A stretch of 64,000 nt of DNA, taken from Candidatus Moraniibacteriota bacterium (GTDB taxonomy: Bacteria; Patescibacteriota; Minisyncoccia; Moranbacterales; UBA2206). The notes under the pieces were generated by a model, which saw only the letters and a program-made list of their open reading frames with translations, ran no database searches and was not told where the DNA came from. The first letter of the stretch is position 1; each line of letters starts with the position of its first letter. The stretch is from positions 39,816-103,815 of the forward strand of contig JAAXWW010000001.1 of NCBI GenBank assembly GCA_013334765.1, given 5' to 3'. Positions 19,777 through 27,790 of the stretch are shown here, one piece after another. A program made the position numbers and the translations under genes.

Positions 19777-20550
19777 ATGGCAAAAGCGAAAAAAGAAACA
19801 AGAAAGAAATCTTTTAAATACGGAAAAAACTACCTTTCTAAGGTAATTTTGAGGTTGGATTTTGATAAAATAGAATTGGGATCACTCGAAAATTTTCATA
19901 ATGATGAGTTAAAGAAATTCTTTCCATTATTTGCTGAGAAAAAAGATCTTGAAATTGGTCTTTCGGGAGATTTAGTTTCTAATAAAATAAGTCAGACCAG
20001 AAATGAATCCGTATCCTATGTCTTTGAAAACTCGGAGAAAACGAAACGCTTTAGAGTTGGAGAAAGATATGTTTTTATTGAATATGACAAGTATAGTAAT
20101 TCCGAAGAATTATACAAAGATATAAAAGTAGTTATTGATAGATTTATTTTAACTTTTGGTGTAAAAACAATAAACAGGTTGGGATTAAGGTATATAAATG
20201 AGATAAAATTGAAAGAACCGAATGCTTTAGATTGGAAAAATTACATAAATAAAGATCTGCTAGGTGGTTTAAATTTTTCCAAAAATGAAATTCTTTCCCG
20301 TTCTTTAAGTCAGCTCGTTTTTAAAAAAGACAAGGGTGATATGTCTTTTACCTATGGAGTATTTAATAAAGAATTTCCAAGCGAGATAAACATTAAAGAG
20401 TTCATACTTGATTTTGATTGCCATTCAATCTTGCCTTTTGAGCTTTTAGAAGAAAACATTCTAAATAGAATAGAACTATATCATTCTCATATAGAGGACT
20501 TATTTGAAAAGTGTATAACGCAGAAATTTCGTGATTTTTTAAATAAATAA
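19777..20550 (+). CDS. TIGR04255-like protein
   Basis: YLSKVILRLDF N-terminus, RLGLRYINEI, FILDFDC and FEKCIT motifs. Confidence 0.75.
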   Translation: MAKAKKETRKKSFKYGKNYLSKVILRLDFDKIELGSLENFHNDELKKFFPLFAEKKDLEIGLSGDLVSNKISQTRNESVSYVFENSEKTKRFRVGERYVFIEYDKYSNSEELYKDIKVVIDRFILTFGVKTINRLGLRYINEIKLKEPNALDWKNYINKDLLGGLNFSKNEILSRSLSQLVFKKDKGDMSFTYGVFNKEFPSEINIKEFILDFDCHSILPFELLEENILNRIELYHSHIEDLFEKCITQKFRDFLNK

Positions 20551-20563
20551 CTAGCTAGCTATT

Positions 20564-20761
20564 ATGTTAGGAAAATCATCTTCTGAAAATTACAGAGATA
20601 TCTTTGAAGATAAGGCTGATGAATACTCCAAAAAAGATAATTCTGAAACAAGGGATTTTTCTGGAACCATAAATTTATTTACATCTGGAACAAACAAAGA
20701 GAGGTATGTAATTAGAAAGGCTACTGTTGAAAAACATCTTTATGTTCGAAAGTCAAATTAA
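20564..20761 (+). CDS. small hypothetical protein
   Basis: 65-aa ORF tightly packed between two co-oriented genes, overlapping the next start. Confidence 0.5.
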   Translation: MLGKSSSENYRDIFEDKADEYSKKDNSETRDFSGTINLFTSGTNKERYVIRKATVEKHLYVRKSN

Positions 20762-21374
20762 GAAAAAGTATCAGATTTGTGGCATAAGAACTTGCCAGGG
20801 TGACATTCTTAGGGATGTCACTATTGCATTTGGGCTAGAATTGAGTGATAGCAGTGAGGGCGAAAGTGAAATTGAATTAGAACATAGGTATTATAACTAT
20901 GCAGTAGTATTGAGTCAGGACTGTGATTTAAGTAGTGATTATAATGAGAGAAATAAAAATGCAGAAATCAAGGAAAAAATAAAAAATAACGAACTGGAAG
21001 AAGAAAAAGCGATTATAAGCAATGATAAGTATTTGCCTGCTATTTTAATATGCCCAGCTTATTTATTATCTGATTTTGTAAACGGATCGCATATAACTTC
21101 TTGGAGTATGAATAGTGAGCTAAAAAACGAAAATAATCAAAAAAAGTTAAAAAGTAATAATGAATTTAAACGATATCATTACATAAGAGGCGATAGTGAT
21201 CTTGGGATACCCGAGTTAGTATTGGATTTCAAGCACTTTATGTCGGTGCCAAGGGATACTTTATATAAAATACATAATCAAGTTTATATAGCCACAATAA
21301 GCGAATTGTTCCGAGAGGAGTTGTCTCAGCGATTTTCAAACTATATTTCAAGAATAGGCTTACCAGAAATTTGA
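20742..21374 (+). CDS. hypothetical protein, possibly PemK/MazF-like fold
   Basis: QGDIL...YAVVLSQDCDL...ILICP...LVLDFK...QRFSNYISRIGLP. Confidence 0.6.
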   Translation: MFESQIKKKYQICGIRTCQGDILRDVTIAFGLELSDSSEGESEIELEHRYYNYAVVLSQDCDLSSDYNERNKNAEIKEKIKNNELEEEKAIISNDKYLPAILICPAYLLSDFVNGSHITSWSMNSELKNENNQKKLKSNNEFKRYHYIRGDSDLGIPELVLDFKHFMSVPRDTLYKIHNQVYIATISELFREELSQRFSNYISRIGLPEI

Positions 21375-21445
21375 GAGCTTGTTAGTTTCTGATTAAGTTA
21401 TTTGTGCCTATTCGCTGAATCTTCTTGTCTAAATCACAACAAATA

Positions 21446-21498
21446 AAGACTAAATTGTATTTTTCATTGATATTATATTTCGGGGTAGGAATTTGCCG
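21446..21498 (+). repeat. direct repeat, copy 2 (~53 bp)
   Basis: AAGACTAAATTGTATTTTTCATTGATATTATATTTCGGGGTAGGAATTTGCCG. Confidence 0.85.
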
Positions 21499-21554
21499 CC
21501 CTCAGAAAACAAAAAACAGCCCTTAACGGGCTGTTTTTTGTTTTCTGAGCGGCA
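21494..21554. repeat. long inverted repeat / bidirectional terminator
   Basis: CTCAGAAAACAAAAAACAGCCC-TTAAC-GGGCTGTTTTTTGTTTTCTGAG, perfect 22-bp stem. Confidence 0.8.
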
Positions 21555-21748
21555 TCTATCTATGGCTGGGATACGGGGTCAAAATATGAGAAATAAAAAT
21601 GCGTTGGGTAATTCTGGCGGCAAAAGTCTCAATGATTGTAGGTTAGTTGAAAGATGCCTTTAATTGTGAATTTTTTGATTTTGATGATAAGATAAACATA
21701 GGAAATCATTATAAAAAGCATAGCTTATCCCTTTAGAAGAAAGATCAT

Positions 21749-22585
21749 ATGGCTAAAAAAACTCAATCAAAAAGATTAACGAATCAGCATAAAAAATCTC
21801 AAGGCGTGGTTGGTATATTTGGAAATGAAGCAAGGTCGCATGATATAACAGTTGGTAAGATTTCACATCTTGTAACCGAACAGCTTGAAAAGGAATTTCC
21901 TCGATTATCTTTTAGATATAGAACGGGTATAAAAAAGAAAGAAATAAACGAAGCCTTAAAGAAAGTTGATTCAGAATTAGGGCAAACCATTTTTGTATTA
22001 AATTCAAGCATTAAGCCTGATGGAGGAATAATAGAAGTGAAAGACGATAATGGTATTTGGAGAGTAGTACTCGTAACGGAAGCTAAACATCAAGGAAAAG
22101 ACATTGAAAATATCCAAAAAGGAAATCTGGTTGGCAAGAATAACGATCAAGATTTGATGGCTGCTGGCAATGCAATAGAAAGATCGCATAAAAACATATC
22201 AGAAATTGCCAACTTTATGCTGCATGAATCCCATTTTCCTTACATCTTATTTCTGGAAGGATCAAATTTTATTACTGAAACCATTTCAATTAAAAGACCT
22301 GACGGAAGAGCAGTTACCCTTGATTATAACTCAGGCATGCTGAATAGATTAGACAGATTGACTTCTGCGAATTATGGAATGCCAATTAATACCAATTTAT
22401 GCAAAAATAAATTTGTTAAGCATAAAGATAAAACAATTATGCTTCAAGCAGCTTCGATATATACACAAGGCAATGGAGGAAAATGGGATAAAAAAGAAAT
22501 GTTCGACATTATGGTGGAAACTTCAAAAGTCTCTCTTCAGGTACTGGGAAGTGAAATATTTAAACAAATAACCAAGCGCAAATAA
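21749..22585 (+). CDS. ecoRIR: EcoRI-family type II restriction endonuclease
   Basis: Closely follows R.EcoRI: SIKPDGG, EAKHQG, MAAGNAIERSHKN, LNRLDRLT. Confidence 0.93.
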   Translation: MAKKTQSKRLTNQHKKSQGVVGIFGNEARSHDITVGKISHLVTEQLEKEFPRLSFRYRTGIKKKEINEALKKVDSELGQTIFVLNSSIKPDGGIIEVKDDNGIWRVVLVTEAKHQGKDIENIQKGNLVGKNNDQDLMAAGNAIERSHKNISEIANFMLHESHFPYILFLEGSNFITETISIKRPDGRAVTLDYNSGMLNRLDRLTSANYGMPINTNLCKNKFVKHKDKTIMLQAASIYTQGNGGKWDKKEMFDIMVETSKVSLQVLGSEIFKQITKRK

Positions 22586-22628
22586 TCAAAACCAAGAGAT
22601 TTATTAATTTTTTAAATATAATTTGATA

Positions 22629-23723
22629 ATGGCAAGGAACGCAACAAACAAATTATTGCAAAAAGCTAAAGAGTCAAAGAGTGACGAGTTTTACACTCAA
22701 CTTTCAGATATAGAAAGCGAATTGCAATATTATAAAGATCATTTTAAAGGCAAGGTGGTTTTTTGTAATTGTGATGATCCTGGAACTAGCAACTTTTTTA
22801 AGTATTTTGCCTCAAACTTCAAAGAATTAGGACTTAAAAAATTAATATCTGCTTGTTATAGAAGACAAGAAAGAAATTTATTCAATACTAAAGAATATGA
22901 AAGCGGTTTTTTTTATGAATATTCAGGTGCTAAAGTCGAAAAAACTAAGCCAAGTTTAAATGAGGTTGTTCATTTTAAAGGGGACGGGGATTTCCGTAGC
23001 GCTGAAAGCATTGAGCTGCTGAAACGATCCGATATAGTTGTCACTAATCCGCCATTTTCATTATTCAGGGAATACGTAGAACAATTAATTAGATACGATA
23101 AGAAATTTTTGGTAATCGGTAATATTAATGCTATTACCTATAAAGAAATTTTTAAATTAATCAAGGGAAACAAAGCGTGGTTGGGAATAAATCTAGGTAG
23201 GGGAATTTCAGGTTTTATTGTGCCGGAACATTATGAGCTTTACGGTACAGAAGCTCGTATTGATAATCTTGGGAATAGGGTAGTTTCACCGAATAATTGT
23301 TTATGGCTAACAAATCTAGACACCCCCAAAAGGCATGAGGACATGACTCTTGCAAAAAGCTATTTTGGAAACGAAATTGAGTATCCTCGTTACGATAACT
23401 ATGATGGAATCAATGTGAATAAAACAAAAGACATTCCTTCGGATTATTCAGGTGTTATGGGTGTGCCTATAACCTTTTTGCATAAATACAATCCAGAACA
23501 GTTTGAAATAATCAAATTCAGAAAAGGAAATGATGAAAAGGATTTATCAATAAATGGAAAATGTCCATATTTTAGGATTCTAATCAAAAATAAGCGGATA
23601 CAGGAAAGTGAAAAAAAGAATCGCCGAGGTGAAAGGGAAATTGAGAGGTATCTTAAAAATCCTATTGAAATTACTGTAAGAGGTAATGCTTATGATTTTG
23701 AAGGTCCCTTATTGAGTTTGTAG
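22629..23723 (+). CDS. ecoRIM: EcoRI-family N6-adenine DNA methyltransferase
   Basis: MARNATNKLL N-terminus as in M.EcoRI, DEFYT, CNCDDP, VTNPPFS. Confidence 0.93.
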   Translation: MARNATNKLLQKAKESKSDEFYTQLSDIESELQYYKDHFKGKVVFCNCDDPGTSNFFKYFASNFKELGLKKLISACYRRQERNLFNTKEYESGFFYEYSGAKVEKTKPSLNEVVHFKGDGDFRSAESIELLKRSDIVVTNPPFSLFREYVEQLIRYDKKFLVIGNINAITYKEIFKLIKGNKAWLGINLGRGISGFIVPEHYELYGTEARIDNLGNRVVSPNNCLWLTNLDTPKRHEDMTLAKSYFGNEIEYPRYDNYDGINVNKTKDIPSDYSGVMGVPITFLHKYNPEQFEIIKFRKGNDEKDLSINGKCPYFRILIKNKRIQESEKKNRRGEREIERYLKNPIEITVRGNAYDFEGPLLSL

Positions 23724-23732
23724 TCTGTCGGA

Positions 23733-23775
23733 CAGCTTTTGTTGAAGAGGTTGGGTTCTAGTTTACCCTAACCGC
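23733..23775 (+). other. degenerate copy of the tRNA-Gly 3' half (candidate attR)
   Basis: TGAAGAGGTTGGGTTCTAGTTTACCCTAACCGC versus tRNA TGAGGAGGGGGGTTCGATTCCCCCTACCCGC; followed by a terminator-like hairpin. Confidence 0.5.
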
Positions 23776-23903
23776 ATTAACTAACCAGCTCACAAAACAA
23801 AAAACAGTCCTTTGAGGGCTGTTTTTCATTCTTTATTGACAGCGGCCTTCTTGAGTGATAATACTGAATCAGTTCCTGAACCCTTAAATGCGAGGAGGCA
23901 TAT

Positions 23904-24092
23904 ATGCAAGTCGAATTGACTGTTTTCAAGGATTCAACCGGAAGCATTACCGGTTTTCGAATTAAGCTTCCCCGAGACGCGTGTCCTGAGGACAAGAGTG
24001 CTTTAGGCGCGTTGAGCCAAGTCATTGGCAATCAGCCGAATATTGCGGCTGAGAAAATCGGGGCAGGCTTTGTTGATTTTTGCACTTTATAA
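23904..24092 (+). CDS. small hypothetical protein
   Basis: GAGGAGG RBS and upstream TTGACA..TAATAC promoter-like sequence. Confidence 0.55.
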   Translation: MQVELTVFKDSTGSITGFRIKLPRDACPEDKSALGALSQVIGNQPNIAAEKIGAGFVDFCTL

Positions 24093-24259
24093 CATAACTG
24101 CACGCCGCCAAGATTTTCAACGGGCGCCGAAAGATATCTTCCGGCGCCCAACTACTTTCAAATCCTTGATTTTTAGGATCGGATATGCTATAATGACGGT
24201 AATAGAGATGAGTAGGAGACGGGTTTTGCCCGCCTTTTTTCTTTATTCAAAGCCAAGAA

Positions 24260-24868
24260 ATGGAAAAAAACACAAAAAAACAGAAAATAAGGCTGTCCCT
24301 GCCGGATATCGATTCGCCAAGGTTGCGGGATTTTTTTCTCGGTTTCCTGATCGCTCTTTTCCTGCTTTATGACATCCTGTTTTTCATGCTCGGAAGATCG
24401 ATGCAGCGAGAGGATTACGGCTTGAGATCAGGAGCGAGTCCGGTTCTCTTTGAGAACAAGGAATACAAGAATCTAGTCAGCGGACATCCTATCGAAAGGA
24501 TGATCCCATATATTTCCAGGCAGAACGGGCAAGTGGCCTCTTTCATAATCGCGATCGCCAAGAAAGAAAGCGACTGGGGAAAATATGCTCCGCAAAAAAA
24601 CGGGCGCGACTGCTATAACTACTGGGGATACCGCGGGTCATATAATCAGACCGATTCAGGGTATAGCTGTTTCGATTCCCCGCGGCAGGCGGTGGCCGTT
24701 ATCGGAAGCCGGATCGAGGATCTTATCGCGCAGGATATCGACACGCCCAAGGAAATGATCGTCTGGAAATGCGGTTCGAACTGTCGCGGGCATAGCCGCT
24801 ACGATGTCAGGAAATGGATCAGCGATGTCGATCTGTATGTCGCCAAGGTCGATAACGGCAATTCATAA
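24260..24868 (+). CDS. membrane-anchored protein, possible lysozyme-like/glucosaminidase fold
   Basis: N-terminal TM; IAIAKKESDWGK, CYNYWGY. Confidence 0.55.
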   Translation: MEKNTKKQKIRLSLPDIDSPRLRDFFLGFLIALFLLYDILFFMLGRSMQREDYGLRSGASPVLFENKEYKNLVSGHPIERMIPYISRQNGQVASFIIAIAKKESDWGKYAPQKNGRDCYNYWGYRGSYNQTDSGYSCFDSPRQAVAVIGSRIEDLIAQDIDTPKEMIVWKCGSNCRGHSRYDVRKWISDVDLYVAKVDNGNS

Positions 24869-24882
24869 CCGTTTCAGGATAA

Positions 24883-24913
24883 AAAAACCTCTCCCGATAA
24901 AGGAGAGGTTTTT
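24883..24913. terminator. bidirectional terminator
   Basis: AAAAACCTCTCC-loop-GGAGAGGTTTTT between convergent genes. Confidence 0.75.
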
Positions 24914-24927
24914 GCGCGGATATCCGC

Positions 24928-25281
24928 TTAGGGTATCCTTTTGAAAGTGATCTTATATACCGGTTCGTAGGGGTTTTCGTATTGGTCTTTGATTTCGATA
25001 CTTTTGCCTTCGGCAAGCGTCGCCATGGCGACGTCAGTCATCATCTGATTGATTTCGTCGATCGTGTTCTTGAGCTCTTCCAGTTTCTCATAGCGCGCTC
25101 CCATGCGGTTCTGGGCTATGGTTTCGATCCGCTTCTTCTTTTCACGGAGTTTCTTGAGCTCTTCGGCGGTTTCTTCGTATTCATTGGTGTTGGCAAGAGT
25201 GTCATTGTATTCCCTCTTGATTTCCTTCTGCTCCTTCTTGACGGCTTGGAGTTTGTCGAACAGTTCCTGGATGCTTTGCAT
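24928..25281 (-). CDS. hypothetical coiled-coil protein
   Basis: 117-aa charged helical ORF ending YEPVYKITFK. Confidence 0.7.
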   Translation of the reverse strand: MQSIQELFDKLQAVKKEQKEIKREYNDTLANTNEYEETAEELKKLREKKKRIETIAQNRMGARYEKLEELKNTIDEINQMMTDVAMATLAEGKSIEIKDQYENPYEPVYKITFKRIP

Positions 25282-25396
25282 AGGTTTTTGTTATTTGGTG
25301 ATTATGAACAACAAGAGAAATTCTATCATATTTTCCCGGAAGGGAGAAATCCTTTGCCGGTATGCTATAATGCAAGCATCTAAACATGCCAAGCAT

Positions 25397-26191
25397 ATGA
25401 CTTTAGTCAGCAAAAAAGCGGCTTATAGTGCAATTGTAGTCCTTTTTCTTGCCGGGGGAGCGGTTTTTTATGCGAACTCGAAAAAGCAGGGCAAGGTCGT
25501 CATTTCCAGCCCAGCCGATTTGGAAAACTCAGGGAATATTGAGGAAGCGAGCCATTCAAGCGAGCCGGCTTCTCAGAATGACTTTAGCAGCGCTTCAACA
25601 AGTGACAGTATCGAGGCAGAGGAAGGTGCTGGTGCCAGTTCGTCTTCCCAATCGTCCTCGTCATCGGCAAGCAGCGTGAAAAGCCAAAGCGAGGATGATT
25701 CTGATGACAGCAACACTCAAGCGCCTGATTTCAAAATAATAAACAAGCTGGTCAGCTTCGGTTTCCAAAAGAGCAGCGGAAGGGATATAGATACGCTCAT
25801 CGTGCATTCGTCATATGATGCTATCGGAAGCGATCCGTACAGCGTTTCAGGACTGATTGCAGAATACAAAAGCTATGGCGTCTCTCCCCACTATCTCATC
25901 GACCGGGAAGGGAATGTCTATCGCCTTGTCGAGGACCGGAATATCGCCTATCATGCGGGGGACAGCAAAATGCCGGACGGCAGGACGGGCGTGAACAATT
26001 TCTCGATCGGGGTGGAAATCATGACGACGAAGACTGACAAGCCGACTGGCGCGCAATATGACGCGCTGAACGGTCTTATTGATTATCTCAAGGGCAAATA
26101 CAAGATGAAATATATCCTCGGTCATGACGATATCGCTCCGGGAAGGAAGGATGACCCTTGGAATTTCGATTGGGGGAAAGTGGATAAATAA
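25397..26191 (+). CDS. N-acetylmuramoyl-L-alanine amidase (Amidase_2/AmpD-like)
   Basis: TM plus Ser-rich linker; LIVHSS, SPHYLIDREG, AYHAG, SIGVE, GHDDIAPGRKDDP. Confidence 0.88.
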   Translation: MTLVSKKAAYSAIVVLFLAGGAVFYANSKKQGKVVISSPADLENSGNIEEASHSSEPASQNDFSSASTSDSIEAEEGAGASSSSQSSSSSASSVKSQSEDDSDDSNTQAPDFKIINKLVSFGFQKSSGRDIDTLIVHSSYDAIGSDPYSVSGLIAEYKSYGVSPHYLIDREGNVYRLVEDRNIAYHAGDSKMPDGRTGVNNFSIGVEIMTTKTDKPTGAQYDALNGLIDYLKGKYKMKYILGHDDIAPGRKDDPWNFDWGKVDK

Positions 26192-26204
26192 CCTTGATAA
26201 TCAC

Positions 26205-27125
26205 ATGCCTAAGGAAGCTACTCATATATCTTTTGCTGATAGGGTTGAAAAAGGACTAGGTTCTGAGATCAGGAACGAGATTGCTGATAACTTGCAATTC
26301 TTTCGTCTCGGAAGCATAGCCCCAGACATGTTTTATTATTCCAAGATAGGAAAAATAATAGAGGTGTCCGATTATATGCACGGCAAGGATGGCAATCTTA
26401 CCAATGAAATCATCCTTGATTTCCTGGTGTCTTTGAAAAGAGATTTTAGTTCGGAAGGCTTTTCCTTTGTTTCCGGATTCATTACTCACTGCTGTTTGGA
26501 TATCGCTCTGCATCCGGTCGTATATTATTTTTCAGGAAATTATTACAATGAAGATCCGGCAGAGATGTTGAAGGCCAGATATCTGCACCGTCAGCTGGAG
26601 ACAGCCTTGGTTTCGGAAAAGGAAAGAAAGCTGATACTTTCAGATGCTATTGATTTATCCAGCGCAGTTGATTTTCTCAAGAGGAGCCGTTTTTTCGATA
26701 AGTTCGATATTCCCGACGCGGATATCCGCAATTCCCTCAAGAGGCAATTTTCAATGGACAAGCTTTTCAGGAATCCGGCGGCCTATCTGGTGATGCGATT
26801 GCTCAGCGGAGCAGGGATAATCAAGGGAGGCGATCTCTTGGGCTTGTCATTCTCTAATCTCTCAATGGACCAAAGGAAGTTGCCGGAAGAAATCGTCTAT
26901 AAGGATCTTGTTTCCGGGGATGCTATTAAAACCAGTTTGAAAGAACTGTTTTCCATTGCGGAATCGACGGCGTCGGACAGGATCAAGGCGGCATTCGATT
27001 TCGCCAAGGGAGCGATAGGGATGGAGGAATGTTCTGGCATAATCAAAGGCGAGAGTTTGGATATGGGTAGGGAGGGCGTGCCTATCGATGACATTAGGTT
27101 CGCATCTCCCATTGCTGACAAATAG
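26205..27125 (+). CDS. zinc-dependent phospholipase C family protein
   Basis: MPKEATH, LGSIAPDMFYY, GFITHCCLDIALHP, HRQLE. Confidence 0.8.
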   Translation: MPKEATHISFADRVEKGLGSEIRNEIADNLQFFRLGSIAPDMFYYSKIGKIIEVSDYMHGKDGNLTNEIILDFLVSLKRDFSSEGFSFVSGFITHCCLDIALHPVVYYFSGNYYNEDPAEMLKARYLHRQLETALVSEKERKLILSDAIDLSSAVDFLKRSRFFDKFDIPDADIRNSLKRQFSMDKLFRNPAAYLVMRLLSGAGIIKGGDLLGLSFSNLSMDQRKLPEEIVYKDLVSGDAIKTSLKELFSIAESTASDRIKAAFDFAKGAIGMEECSGIIKGESLDMGREGVPIDDIRFASPIADK

Positions 27126-27152
27126 ACAGATTATCTTTATAATATTGGAATT

Positions 27153-27428
27153 ATGACAATAACTATTGAAATAAAGAACAAAGTCGCTAAAATCATTCTG
27201 AAAGACGGGGGCAAGGTTCTTGATGAACTTGTTTTTCCTGATGAATACCGGATATCCAAGGAACTTCTGCCTGGCATCGAGAGCCTTTTGCGAAAAAACT
27301 CCTTGGAAGCGGCGGATATTGAAAAAGTCGATGTGGAAACCGATTTGGGCGAAACTTTCACCTCCAGGAGAATCGCCGAGGCTACGGCGAATGCTTTCAA
27401 TTGGGATTTGAGGAAAGCTTCGGTTTGA
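27153..27428 (+). CDS. short TsaB N-terminal-like protein
   Basis: SKELLPGIESLL...DIEKV...FTSRRIAEATANA resembles the TsaB N-lobe. Confidence 0.55.
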   Translation: MTITIEIKNKVAKIILKDGGKVLDELVFPDEYRISKELLPGIESLLRKNSLEAADIEKVDVETDLGETFTSRRIAEATANAFNWDLRKASV

Positions 27429-27510
27429 GGGCGTTTTTTGCCGAATGCCGGCTGATTTGACGGCGATTCCAAGCGTGGTATAATGGACATACAATTTAAT
27501 CTCTTCTTGG

Positions 27511-27570
27511 GAGCCTGTTTGAAAGCCTGTTTTGCTGGCATTTCAGCTAAATTATCTTTCAAACAGTCTC
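27511..27570. repeat. 60-bp element with 15-bp terminal inverted repeats (MITE-like)
   Basis: GAGCCTGTTTGAAAG...CTTTCAAACAGTCTC (14/15 match). Confidence 0.55.
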
Positions 27571-27790
27571 CATCTAATCAAACCAATCTGCCGGTCAAGG
27601 CAGAAGATTTGCATTATTTTTTGTTTTGTGTATAATACTTTATACATCCGAAAAAACCTGCCTTTTGAGGCGGGTCGTAAACTTCTGAGAGAAAATTCCA
27701 TATAAATTTAAATACTTTAATTAGAGAATCTCATTTAAATTGCTTATTTAGTCATCCGAAGAGGTAAGCAAGGTAATGAGCATTATTTTT

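Larger units (their letters stand above)
15757..23775. mobile_element. AT-rich genomic island integrated at tRNA-Gly
   Basis: Abrupt AT enrichment, integrase abutting the tRNA, defence cargo, degenerate tRNA-Gly 3' copy at 23733-23775. Confidence 0.8.

Noticed and set aside
21494-21554. Integron attC site
   Set aside because: No RYYYAAC/GTTRRRY boxes, and no tyrosine integron integrase in the window.
15757-23775. Prophage or ICE interpretation of the island
   Set aside because: No structural, replication, relaxase or T4SS genes seen.
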